From the IMG/VR virus record IMGVR_UViG_3300017903_001739, positions 1-32,253 of that record: a DNA stretch of 32,253 nt; one strand, given 5' to 3'. Position 1 is the first letter of the stretch, and every line of letters begins with the position of its first letter. Shown piece after piece: positions 7,493 to 15,514 of this stretch. This DNA comes from a virus. Taxonomy: Duplodnaviria; Caudoviricetes. Both the position numbers and the translations under genes were made by a program. The notes beneath the pieces are model-generated. The model made no database searches. It had not been told where the DNA came from and saw only the letters and a list, made by a program, of their open reading frames with translations.

Positions 7493-8371
7493 ATGAAAAA
7501 ATCAGAGTATGAACAGAATATGATGCAGAGTTTCATCGACAGCCTAGACAAGGCTGAAGATGGAAACTGGGTAAAGCCCTGGATTGGTGCGGGCAAAGGC
7601 TTGCACTGGCCCAAGAACGCAGTCACAGGAAAAGAATACACAGGCTCGAATGTGTTCGGCCTGATGATTGATGGATACCACAGCGCGTGTCCGACCGGAG
7701 ACTGGGCAACCTACAAGCAATGGAAACTTGCAGGCAATCCAGTCAGGAAGGGTGAAAAATCTACATCACGAGTTGTGTTCTACAACACGGGTGTGGACGA
7801 AGACACAGACAAAAAGTTCGCATACGTCAAAATCACACCAGTGTTCAACTACTCGCAGACCATAAACTACGAGGAACCCGAACAACAAACTGCCGACACA
7901 GAGATTGATTGGCAGAGTGTTGCAGACGAATACATTATCAATCTTGAATCAGACATCGATTTTGAAGGCACGTCTGCATACTATACGCCTGTCTCTGACA
8001 AGATATGTATGCCAAAAGCAGGGTTATTCATCGACACAAAAGATGCCACAGCTACGCAAAACTTTTACAGCACACTACTGCACGAGCACATCCACTGGAC
8101 GGGCCACCCGTCTAGGCTCGATCGCTTGCAGGAGATACACATCAAAGAGAAGTATGCGTATGAGGAATTGATTGCAGAGCTTGGTAGCGTTCTGCTCTCA
8201 GTAAGGCTTGGCCTGGAACCCGAACCAACAAGGGACCACGCCAAGTATATCAACCATTGGAAGCAGATTGTTACCGACAGCCCGAAAGCATTGCTCAAGG
8301 CTATGGCTGAAGCACAGAAAGCAGTCAGCTACTGCGACCAATTACAACAGACTGCAATAGCAGCAGAGTAG
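7493..8371 (+). CDS. ardC: ArdC-family antirestriction / ssDNA-binding protein with zincin-like metallopeptidase domain
   Basis: W.KPW, P.NAVTGKEYTG.N, WATYKQW...VRKGEKS, VFN.SQT, AYYTP..D.I.MP, FYSTLLHEHIHWTGHPSRLDR, YAYEELIAELGS; RBS AAGGAGG. Confidence 0.9.
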   Translation: MKKSEYEQNMMQSFIDSLDKAEDGNWVKPWIGAGKGLHWPKNAVTGKEYTGSNVFGLMIDGYHSACPTGDWATYKQWKLAGNPVRKGEKSTSRVVFYNTGVDEDTDKKFAYVKITPVFNYSQTINYEEPEQQTADTEIDWQSVADEYIINLESDIDFEGTSAYYTPVSDKICMPKAGLFIDTKDATATQNFYSTLLHEHIHWTGHPSRLDRLQEIHIKEKYAYEELIAELGSVLLSVRLGLEPEPTRDHAKYINHWKQIVTDSPKALLKAMAEAQKAVSYCDQLQQTAIAAE

Positions 8372-8427
8372 GGGTTGTCCACAGCGCCGCCCCGCCCAGT
8401 GAGGGCGGACGCTGTGGTCAACGCCCC
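8371..8427 (+). other. Long intergenic stem-loop (possible RNase III processing site or terminator)
   Basis: GGGGTTG-T-CCACAGCG...CCGCCC-AGTGA-GGGCGG...CGCTGTGG-T-CAAC-GCCCC. Confidence 0.65.
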
Positions 8428-8446
8428 ATAACCAAAGGAGAAGGAA

Positions 8447-8650
8447 ATGAAAATCCTACGAAACCACCCAATGCCGCAAAAACTGAGCAAACACATGGCG
8501 CTCTATCGCATAATGAAAGTCGGAGACGCTCTTGCGCCTCTCAGCCCGAGGCAAGTCGCGAGGATCCGAAATTGGGCCTACGATCATGATCAAAAAATCA
8601 TTGCCCGCCAACAGGGTGATGGCACTTATATGATTTGGAGGAAAAAATAA
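8447..8650 (+). CDS. Small basic hypothetical protein (67 aa), possibly DNA-binding
   Basis: RBS AAGGAG; TAATG coupling to the next gene. Confidence 0.75.
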   Translation: MKILRNHPMPQKLSKHMALYRIMKVGDALAPLSPRQVARIRNWAYDHDQKIIARQQGDGTYMIWRKK

Positions 8651-8988
8651 TGCTTACTTATGATGATGTTCTGGAAGCTGTGATTTTACGGATGCGTGAA
8701 GTTGCTGCTCACGATGAGGGGGAGATAACAACTCTAACCCTGGAAGAAATAATCACATTAATCATCCCAGAAACCAAAATGCTTCTGGGTCAGGTGTATG
8801 CTACATCTGCTTATTATCTCGATCAAGCAGATGAAGATGGTGGCAAGGTGTCAGAGCTTATCAAGCACAACCTGAGAGTCAGGCTTGCCAATGATGTGCT
8901 CAAGCGTCAGCGTGAGATACAGAACCCACAAGAATACTCAGACAATGTGGTGAAGGGAATCTTTGGAGGAGATCCATGGAAGACGTAA
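8650..8988 (+). CDS. Hypothetical protein
   Basis: ATG at 8650 overlaps the previous stop; GGAGG RBS. Confidence 0.7.
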   Translation: MLTYDDVLEAVILRMREVAAHDEGEITTLTLEEIITLIIPETKMLLGQVYATSAYYLDQADEDGGKVSELIKHNLRVRLANDVLKRQREIQNPQEYSDNVVKGIFGGDPWKT

Positions 8989-9314
8989 AGGTTACGCCAC
9001 AAATGTTGGGGCCACTGTTTGGAACCCCCAACGACATTGAGTCGTTTGCAGACATCTTCCTCGAACCAAAAGGTGAGACGTTCAAGGGACTGTGGACACG
9101 AAGAGCAATCCAGGCTTGGGAAGATAGATACATTCCGAAGGAGTATAAAATGAAAGCCAATCCAGCTAATGCAACAGTCAAAGTGGTGTACGAGGTTTAC
9201 TTAGACTCGGAACAGATGGAAAGAATCCATGACGGTACACCGATCACAGACATTGTGATGCTAGAGGAAATGGACTTGATCTCAATCGAGAACGAGTTCG
9301 ACTACGATGTCTAA
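8976..9314 (+). CDS. Acidic hypothetical protein (112 aa)
   Basis: GGAGG RBS; overlaps neighbours in the operon. Confidence 0.7.
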   Translation: MEDVKVTPQMLGPLFGTPNDIESFADIFLEPKGETFKGLWTRRAIQAWEDRYIPKEYKMKANPANATVKVVYEVYLDSEQMERIHDGTPITDIVMLEEMDLISIENEFDYDV

Positions 9315-9492
9315 AAAGAAACGCAAGTTCAAGGAAGCAGCCGACCAGCAATGTGAGGCTTGCAACCGGACAAGCAATGAGTGGGTGGTTCTACTTACAC
9401 AGGTAGAGCCACCTACCAACCAACTCATCTGTAGGGCTTGCCTGATAGATGATCTAGCACAACCAGTAAGAAAGTATGGGTGTCAGCAATGA
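9307..9492 (+). CDS. Small CxxC...CxxC zinc-finger-like protein
   Basis: CEAC and CRAC motifs; ATGA coupling downstream. Confidence 0.65.
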   Translation: MSKKKRKFKEAADQQCEACNRTSNEWVVLLTQVEPPTNQLICRACLIDDLAQPVRKYGCQQ

Positions 9493-9851
9493 CAAGCAAA
9501 AGTAAAGCAAAAGGAACATACCACGAGAAATGGTTTGAGAAACTGTTCCAAAGCTGGGGCATCAAAGTAAAACGTCAGCCCCTGTCTGGGTCTCTTGGTG
9601 GTGAGTATGCAGGAGACTTGGTTATCGAACTCAAGGATCTGAAGCTGATCAGTGAGGTTAAGTATCGAAAGGAGAAGGGCTTTCCCTCACCATTCAGGGT
9701 GCTGGAGGGCAGAGACATTGCGTTCTACAAGCAAGGCAATCCAGAGCCAGGATCGCCTAGGTGGATCATGATTGTGCCAGATGTTCTAGTCGAGCGATTT
9801 GTAAATGATTACCTAAACAAACGAGACTTCATCGATACGGAGGAAAAATAA
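9489..9851 (+). CDS. PD-(D/E)XK nuclease, Hjc-type Holliday junction resolvase-like
   Basis: SKAKGTYHE, R.PLSG, GDL, EVKYRK motif order. Confidence 0.75.
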   Translation: MTSKSKAKGTYHEKWFEKLFQSWGIKVKRQPLSGSLGGEYAGDLVIELKDLKLISEVKYRKEKGFPSPFRVLEGRDIAFYKQGNPEPGSPRWIMIVPDVLVERFVNDYLNKRDFIDTEEK

Positions 9852-10270
9852 TGCCGAAGGCAGTGTGGATATACAACGAAGAAACAGATCAGATCTACCA
9901 GAAGGTCATCAACATCGGAGATGAAGAAGTGATTGTGTTGAACAGATCGGCACCAGGAGTGGCTAGTGATAAGATCCGGCAGAAGCATCAGTCATCCATC
10001 AAGACTGCTGCGTTTGCTTTCTGTCAGAAAAACAACATCAACACCAACGCTTTCTTCAGCAAGCGTCGAGGTCAGTGGCTGGCCTTCAAACGGTTTGAGT
10101 TCTGGAGTATGATGCACATGGAAGGGTTCTCAAAGTCTCAGATCGCCCGTGTGTTCGACAAGGATCACACATCTGTTGTGCATGGCATCAACAAATACGC
10201 CGAGCTGACAGAGAAGTATGAAGACCCCGAGCAACTCATGAACAAGAAAGGAGAGACCAATGGATTTTGA
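9851..10270 (+). CDS. DnaA domain IV (C-terminal HTH)-like DNA-binding protein
   Basis: SKRR...R...SKSQIARVFDKDHTSVVHGINK resembles the DnaA signature SLPEIG..F.RDHTTV.HA; no AAA+ domain. Confidence 0.75.
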   Translation: MPKAVWIYNEETDQIYQKVINIGDEEVIVLNRSAPGVASDKIRQKHQSSIKTAAFAFCQKNNINTNAFFSKRRGQWLAFKRFEFWSMMHMEGFSKSQIARVFDKDHTSVVHGINKYAELTEKYEDPEQLMNKKGETNGF

Positions 10271-10799
10271 TAGACGTGAACGCCTGATATATCAACACTT
10301 CATCAGCAAGATGAACAGGCTGTACATGCCACCCAACAACATCAAGGGCAACAAAGACTCGATGGCAGAGTACTGCCGAGAGATCCGACGTGTGATCAAT
10401 GAACGGATCAGCACCAAGGTAGCTACAGAGGAATACTTTGTAGATTTAATCAACAAGATCTGGGATCAGTGCATCAAAGAACACACCATGCGTCTCTGGT
10501 TCAGCCCAAGCCTCTGCATCAAGGCAACCCAGACTGTCATGCGTGACCAGTATCGTGTCATCCACGGTGACGAGATCATGCAAAAGCAGATAGAGGAGAA
10601 CCAGAAAGAAAGGCCGCGCGGCGACAAAACGGATCCAGCTAGTCAGGGTTGGACGGTAGAAACTTGCGACGCAGCTATCGCTCACACAAAAGAGCAGATA
10701 GATGCGGGCGAGTTACCGCGCGGGATTGGAATGATTCTAATCCGCATACCAGAGAAAGCAAAAGAAAGGTTGATCAATGCATGTAATAAGTCTGTATGA
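10260..10799 (+). CDS. Hypothetical protein (179 aa)
   Basis: AAGGAG RBS; operon context. Confidence 0.75.
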   Translation: MDFDRRERLIYQHFISKMNRLYMPPNNIKGNKDSMAEYCREIRRVINERISTKVATEEYFVDLINKIWDQCIKEHTMRLWFSPSLCIKATQTVMRDQYRVIHGDEIMQKQIEENQKERPRGDKTDPASQGWTVETCDAAIAHTKEQIDAGELPRGIGMILIRIPEKAKERLINACNKSV

Positions 10800-11454
10800 T
10801 TATACAGGAATTGCGCTTATGCCCTGGCGTGATGCAGGGTATGAGTGCTACGCCTATGATATTGTTCACGAGGATACGCAAGAGGATGGCATAAACTTCC
10901 TTCATGCAGACCTTCACAATCCATCAACGCTTAAAGAGATTGCAAAGTTTCATGATGGCCGTGCTATGTTCATGTCTTGCTTTCCTGTTTGCACTGACTT
11001 AGCTGTGTCTGGGGCGGCTTGGTTTGCTAGGAAACGCGAAGCCAATCCAAACTTTCAGGAAGAAGCAACCACATATGCAATGGCTTGTGGCTGGCTTGGA
11101 GAATATCTTGGCTGTCCATACTTTGTAGAAAATCCTGTGTCAGTTCTTTCAAGCCTGTGGCGAAAGCCTGATTATTCTTTTCACCCCTTTGAGTATGGTG
11201 GCTATTTGCCAGAGGATGACCAGCATCCGAAATGGCCGGAATACATAGCACCACGGGATGCATACTCAAAAAAGACATGCCTTTGGACAAATGATAAGTT
11301 TACAATGCCAACGAAGAAGCCAGTTGAATGCCAGTCCTTCGGCAACAGCAATCAACACGCAAGGCTTGGAGGCAAGTCAACTAAAACAAAAAACATTAGA
11401 TCGGCAACGCCCAGGGGATTCGCACAAGCTGTGTTTGAGGCAAATAACTATTAG
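10777..11454 (+). CDS. Compact phage-type C5-cytosine DNA methyltransferase
   Basis: Motif I-like ISLYDYTG, catalytic FPVCTDL (PPC-like), VENPV, KKTCLW, RSATPRGFAQAVFEAN. Confidence 0.75.
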   Translation: MHVISLYDYTGIALMPWRDAGYECYAYDIVHEDTQEDGINFLHADLHNPSTLKEIAKFHDGRAMFMSCFPVCTDLAVSGAAWFARKREANPNFQEEATTYAMACGWLGEYLGCPYFVENPVSVLSSLWRKPDYSFHPFEYGGYLPEDDQHPKWPEYIAPRDAYSKKTCLWTNDKFTMPTKKPVECQSFGNSNQHARLGGKSTKTKNIRSATPRGFAQAVFEANNY

Positions 11455-11463
11455 ACAAACAGC

Positions 11464-11491
11464 TTGACACCAAACCTAGTTCTGATAAAAC
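11464..11491 (+). promoter_or_regulatory. Candidate sigma70 promoter TTGACA-N16-TAAAAC with extended -10 TG
   Basis: Perfect -35 in a 59-nt intergenic gap upstream of the exonuclease RBS AAGGAGG. Confidence 0.55.
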
Positions 11492-11513
11492 CGTAAGTGA
11501 AGGAGGCGGCAAC

Positions 11514-12314
11514 ATGGACCAGCGAACACGACTAAAATCAATCGGCGGCAGTGACGCACTACGCATCATGAAGGGCGATTGGCACAAACTATGGCTTGAG
11601 AAGACGGGCCGAGCAGAACAGGCAGATCTTTCTGATGTGCTGCAAGTGCAACTCGGCATCTGGACTGAGGAGTTCAACGTGCGCCTGTTCGAGAAAGACA
11701 GGCAGGTGGAAGTAAAAAGGGATCAGCGATACCACTACAATCGAAACAACATCCCCCTACGAGGCACGCTGGATGGTGTGTTTACTGAACGTGGAGTTCG
11801 ATACGGATTGGAGTGCAAGCATACCAACGAGTTCAACACACTGAACAAGCAGCTAGAAAACTACATGCCGCAACTTCAGCTATACATCGAGGTTGCAAAC
11901 TTGGAGGCAATCTACTTTGCAAACATCTTCGGCAACTCTCGGTATGAGTATGTGAAGGTCAGCAAGGATGAGGTCTATCTAGAAAAGATGATGGTGCACA
12001 TCAAGGAGTTCTGGGACTTGTTCTACTCAGACCAGGCACCACCGGAGAATGTGAGCGAGATAAACATCTCAATCAATCAAACACCTATTGACGATATGAT
12101 CAGCAGAGACGCATCGTCAGACAACCATTTCGTCAGCATTGCTCACGACTATGTTACGACGAAAGAAGCGGCCCGTGTAAATGCACAAGCAGCAAAAGAT
12201 CTGAAGGCAATGGTCGCAACCAACGAGCGTGAGGTGTATTGCGACACGCTCAACATCAAGCGAGCAAAAAACGGTTCGCTTCGCATCAACATAAAGGAGT
12301 CCTCAGATGGGTGA
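11514..12314 (+). CDS. YqaJ/lambda-exonuclease family recombination nuclease
   Basis: R...IGGSD, LWLEKTG, G...E, TLDG, LECK, YMPQLQ.Y motifs. Confidence 0.9.
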   Translation: MDQRTRLKSIGGSDALRIMKGDWHKLWLEKTGRAEQADLSDVLQVQLGIWTEEFNVRLFEKDRQVEVKRDQRYHYNRNNIPLRGTLDGVFTERGVRYGLECKHTNEFNTLNKQLENYMPQLQLYIEVANLEAIYFANIFGNSRYEYVKVSKDEVYLEKMMVHIKEFWDLFYSDQAPPENVSEINISINQTPIDDMISRDASSDNHFVSIAHDYVTTKEAARVNAQAAKDLKAMVATNEREVYCDTLNIKRAKNGSLRINIKESSDG

Positions 12315-12570
12315 TCCACTTATTAGTGAAGATGCACAACCCCTCACCAAACTTGTAGGAAATGAATACGAGCTTGGCTGGCGGAGCGTGTGGATTCATA
12401 CACCACAGGAAGCGGTAAGACTTCTGTACAAAAATAGTCGTCTTGAAATCACAGTCGTAAGGAAGGAGAACGATGATGGACACAATGGAGATATGGAACA
12501 AAGTATCGAACTCGGATCAGAACTACCTGAAGAAGGTGAGTTTCGGATCGCGGAGCTTCACAAGTATTGA
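12307..12570 (+). CDS. Hypothetical protein (87 aa), overlaps the next gene by 98 nt
   Basis: AAGGAG RBS; fills the gap 12315-12472. Confidence 0.55.
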   Translation: MGDPLISEDAQPLTKLVGNEYELGWRSVWIHTPQEAVRLLYKNSRLEITVVRKENDDGHNGDMEQSIELGSELPEEGEFRIAELHKY

Positions 12571-12919
12571 TCCAATGTATCAGGTGCGCGAGGCAACTCG
12601 TGCATTTGGTCCGGTAGGGCAAGGCTGGGGGTGGATCTCAGACATGCACTACGTCAATGCAGACACAGGTGAGATTGCGTGTGTCGCAAACATCACAGTC
12701 TGGCACGGATCCAGAGAGAACAGCTTCGGCCCGTTCTCTGGTTGCCGTACATTCTATGCTGCTGGCAAGGGTAAGTTTGCTGAAGACGCACCCAAGATGG
12801 CAGTAACCGATGGGCTAACCAAGGCATTGTCGCACCTTGGTTTCAATGCCGATGTGTTCCTAGGGCAACACGACAACAAGTATGCGGCAAATAACTCAGG
12901 CGAAAACGGAGGTTGGTAA
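12473..12919 (+). CDS. Rad52/Sak-like single-strand annealing protein
   Basis: IDPMYQV...FGPVGQGWG...EDAPKMAVTDGLTKALSHLG..ADV; located between exonuclease and SSB. Confidence 0.75.
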   Translation: MMDTMEIWNKVSNSDQNYLKKVSFGSRSFTSIDPMYQVREATRAFGPVGQGWGWISDMHYVNADTGEIACVANITVWHGSRENSFGPFSGCRTFYAAGKGKFAEDAPKMAVTDGLTKALSHLGFNADVFLGQHDNKYAANNSGENGGW

Positions 12920-13293
12920 TGACCCAATACGACAACACTGATCGGGGCGCAGTATTTCCCCCACGCGAAGGCCAGAAGATGATCCTGTCTGGTCGAGCAA
13001 ACAACAACGGCGAGGAGATGAACCTTGTCGTCACAATGTCCTCTACCAAGGATGGCAAACAGATTATGGATATTTACCAGAAGGTAGGCACCCTGTTTGT
13101 GAATGACAAACGTGGCAAGGATACAGCACCAGACTTTACTGGGCCGTTCAAAGATCGTCGCGTGTCATGCTGGACAAAGAAGAAAGACGACATGAAGTAT
13201 ATGTCTCTTAGCTTCAGCGACAAGCGTGATAATACACAACAAACAATCGAGCGAGCACCGGATCCGCTTGACGACGAGATCCCGTTCGGTTAA
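12919..13293 (+). CDS. Single-stranded DNA-binding protein-like
   Basis: Acidic C-terminal tail DDEIPF; GTLF.N.K....PDFTG motif; TAATG coupling and GGAGG RBS. Confidence 0.7.
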   Translation: MTQYDNTDRGAVFPPREGQKMILSGRANNNGEEMNLVVTMSSTKDGKQIMDIYQKVGTLFVNDKRGKDTAPDFTGPFKDRRVSCWTKKKDDMKYMSLSFSDKRDNTQQTIERAPDPLDDEIPFG

Positions 13294-13334
13294 CAATTAA
13301 GTGTCCCTGGTTCTCCATAACAGGGATATGGTTA

Positions 13335-13390
13335 GAGGGAGGGGGCGCTCCACGGTCTGCTATAACAGAGAGCGCCCCCTCTTTCATTTA
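13335..13390 (+). terminator. Long GC-rich hairpin, probable intrinsic terminator
   Basis: GAGGGAGGGGGCGCTC...GAGCGCCCCCTCTTTC followed by ATTTA. Confidence 0.6.
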
Positions 13391-13403
13391 AGAGAAGATA
13401 ACA

Positions 13404-13742
13404 ATGACTGAATTAGAAGAATGGCGCAAACGCGCTATCGAGGCAGAATCCCGTCTCTACAAAATCGCACAAATACCAAACGATTCTATTGGGTGGAAGG
13501 AAATGCGTCAGACAGCAGCAATGCAAGCACTCGATGACTTGCATGTACCAGAGAAAATTTTAATTTATGTACGCCACTCTGCCAACCCAGAGATTGCAGC
13601 AGAGCTATGCGTGCGTGAAGGAGATGAATACCGTGTTTATGGCTTGAACCAAAACGCACTGTTGAATATGATTCGTACAGGCGTGGGCTTGATACAGGAA
13701 CACATGAACAACGCTGCCGCAGAAAATAGCGACAGAGGGTAG
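13404..13742 (+). CDS. Hypothetical protein (112 aa), last gene of the rightward arm
   Basis: ORF with purine-rich upstream sequence; ends at the convergence point. Confidence 0.7.
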   Translation: MTELEEWRKRAIEAESRLYKIAQIPNDSIGWKEMRQTAAMQALDDLHVPEKILIYVRHSANPEIAAELCVREGDEYRVYGLNQNALLNMIRTGVGLIQEHMNNAAAENSDRG

Positions 13743-13747
13743 CTAGA

Positions 13748-13790
13748 GCCAGTCAAGTAAGCGGCAGCGCCTCCTTCCCACTTGACTGGC
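13748..13790. terminator. 11-bp inverted repeat at the convergence of the two arms
   Basis: GCCAGTCAAGT...ACTTGACTGGC between convergent stops 13742 and 13797; no clear U-tract. Confidence 0.55.
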
Positions 13791-13796
13791 CCCTCA

Positions 13797-14840
13797 CTAA
13801 TCTTTTGATCGCAAGTAGTTCAAGAAGTCAGCACCAGTTTCGACATCAACGAAACACTGGGTGAAGCCTTCAATGTTGCGTGCGTTGGGATCAATAACTT
13901 GGAGAATAGCATGACCGAAGTTCTGCTCATCATAGCCCTTTACCAATGCGTAGGTATCGTTTGCTTTATAGCCCTTCGCGCGTGCAAGCCACGAGCAGTA
14001 TCCCTGCTCAACATTCTCAAGCTGCGCTAACGCCCAGTTGTGGCGGTGTCCAGCAATGTAGAGATGAGCATTGTGCTTGAACATTGCCATCTTCTGCTGT
14101 GCGTGTAGCGGGTTCCATTGACTGTGGCCTGGCATGTCGTGAGCCGCATGAATCCGGCACTGCTGACCATTCGGGAAGTTGATGGAAACACGAGCTTCCC
14201 AATCACCATGAATGGTGTGGGGTTCGGTCATCCACTTGATAGGATCACCAGAGCCTGACCACATATCGTGGTTGCCACCAATCAGAATAAGTGGATTGAT
14301 ATTTTCAATAAACCACTCAACCAATCGCCAAGCTGTAGCGTGAGATGTGTCTTGCTCTGCATACAAGCGAGACAATCTACCGATCCAGTTATTTTGATAG
14401 TCACCCAGACCGCATCCGTATATGCCATCGTTTTCCTGTATAATCCTAATGTGATCACGAAGGACAGGCCAGTCACAACCATTGTCGTCTAGGTGTGGAT
14501 CGCCCATCCAGAGAAGACCAATCGGTTCATTGGACTTCATACGAATGTTTTGCCAGCGTTTTGCTTCAAGATGTTTACGACGCTTCTCAAAACGATCTGT
14601 CAGTTGATCAACTATTGTTTCAATAGCTTCATCTTCATCCGGCAGCACAGCAATGCTGTATGTGTCAGTCTCGATCATCTCTTCATCTAAGAAGCCACGC
14701 TCGCGCGCAACCTTCAATCGATGCCGCACAGTAGACCGTGGTATCTTCATAACTTGAGACACCATGTTTGCTGACTCGTTGCAATCCTTGTATGCAGATA
14801 CAGTTTCGAGCACGATGTCATCGCTTATACTCTTCCCCAT
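13797..14840 (-). CDS. Calcineurin-like metallophosphoesterase with N-terminal HTH
   Basis: GDPH, GDY, GNHD, H, GHRH metal-binding motif series; N-terminal IPRSTVRHRL helix; RBS AGGAG. Confidence 0.85.
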   Translation of the reverse strand: MGKSISDDIVLETVSAYKDCNESANMVSQVMKIPRSTVRHRLKVARERGFLDEEMIETDTYSIAVLPDEDEAIETIVDQLTDRFEKRRKHLEAKRWQNIRMKSNEPIGLLWMGDPHLDDNGCDWPVLRDHIRIIQENDGIYGCGLGDYQNNWIGRLSRLYAEQDTSHATAWRLVEWFIENINPLILIGGNHDMWSGSGDPIKWMTEPHTIHGDWEARVSINFPNGQQCRIHAAHDMPGHSQWNPLHAQQKMAMFKHNAHLYIAGHRHNWALAQLENVEQGYCSWLARAKGYKANDTYALVKGYDEQNFGHAILQVIDPNARNIEGFTQCFVDVETGADFLNYLRSKD

Positions 14841-14852
14841 TACTTTCTCCTG

Positions 14853-15035
14853 TTAGTGGATTTGTCCAGGGCTTATGTTTTCGAGATGCTCCATAATCTC
14901 TTCAGCGAGTATCTGAGCGTCGTCTAGCCCCCCTTCGTCAAGCGTTAGCAAGACTGCGGCGTTGCCTTCTGGCGTTTCAATAACATGCATTGAAAAACCA
15001 ATGATGCCTTCTTCATCAGAATCAAAATCAATCAC
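14853..15035 (-). CDS. Small acidic hypothetical protein (60 aa)
   Basis: GTGA overlap with the endolysin stop. Confidence 0.6.
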   Translation of the reverse strand: MIDFDSDEEGIIGFSMHVIETPEGNAAVLLTLDEGGLDDAQILAEEIMEHLENISPGQIH

Positions 15036-15508
15036 TTAGCAAGCCCTTCCGTGTAACGCTTACCATCAAACACTAGGACTTGTTTGCGATTGTGTCCACA
15101 GGTTTTATAGCTGCAATGAATCCAACCGCTATCAGGATCGCCCTTCGTGTAGTGCTCAAGTATAAGCTGATCAAACTCAAGGTTGTCTCGCACCCAACAA
15201 GCAACATCATAGTTGTCGATCCCCATCACCTCAAAATCAACAGCCTCACCCTTTGCGTGCTGGCTGGTTGTTTTGCTGCCCAGTGCCTTGCACAGAGCTT
15301 TCGATCGGTATCCAGATGTGATTACAAATCCGGTGGGGTATTGATCCATCAGGGGGTCTAGGATTGCTTTAGACAAGCCCCTGAGGTTCTCTACATGCTT
15401 TGGTGTAGGGGTGTTGTCTATGCCACGACGTGTTGCTGTCTGGCTCTTGGTAAGCTCCCGCAGATCAAACCAGGAGGATAGGCTCTGGTTCTCTACGGGA
15501 GTTGTTAC
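15032..15508 (-). CDS. Peptidase M15A endolysin domain; 5' end lacks a start codon, probably reached by -1 frameshift from the holin-like gene
   Basis: LSSWFDLRELTKSQTATRRGIDNTP (upstream of the track's TTG at 15376), SGYRS, SQHAKGEAVD (H-x6-D), DQLILE, WIH. Confidence 0.88.
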   Translation of the reverse strand, partial: VTTPVENQSLSSWFDLRELTKSQTATRRGIDNTPTPKHVENLRGLSKAILDPLMDQYPTGFVITSGYRSKALCKALGSKTTSQHAKGEAVDFEVMGIDNYDVACWVRDNLEFDQLILEHYTKGDPDSGWIHCSYKTCGHNRKQVLVFDGKRYTEGLAK

Positions 15509-15514
15509 TTTTTT
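15455..15514 (-). promoter_or_regulatory. Candidate programmed -1 ribosomal frameshift signal (A_AAA_AAG, 6-nt spacer, stem-loop)
   Basis: Heptamer 15514-15508 in the correct phase; stem CTCCCGTAGA/TCTGCGGGAG plus GAACCAG/CTGGTTT. Confidence 0.7.

Noticed and set aside
15374-15376. TTG start for the endolysin as given in the ORF track
   Set aside because: It removes about 35 residues of conserved M15A N-terminus and lacks a properly spaced RBS.
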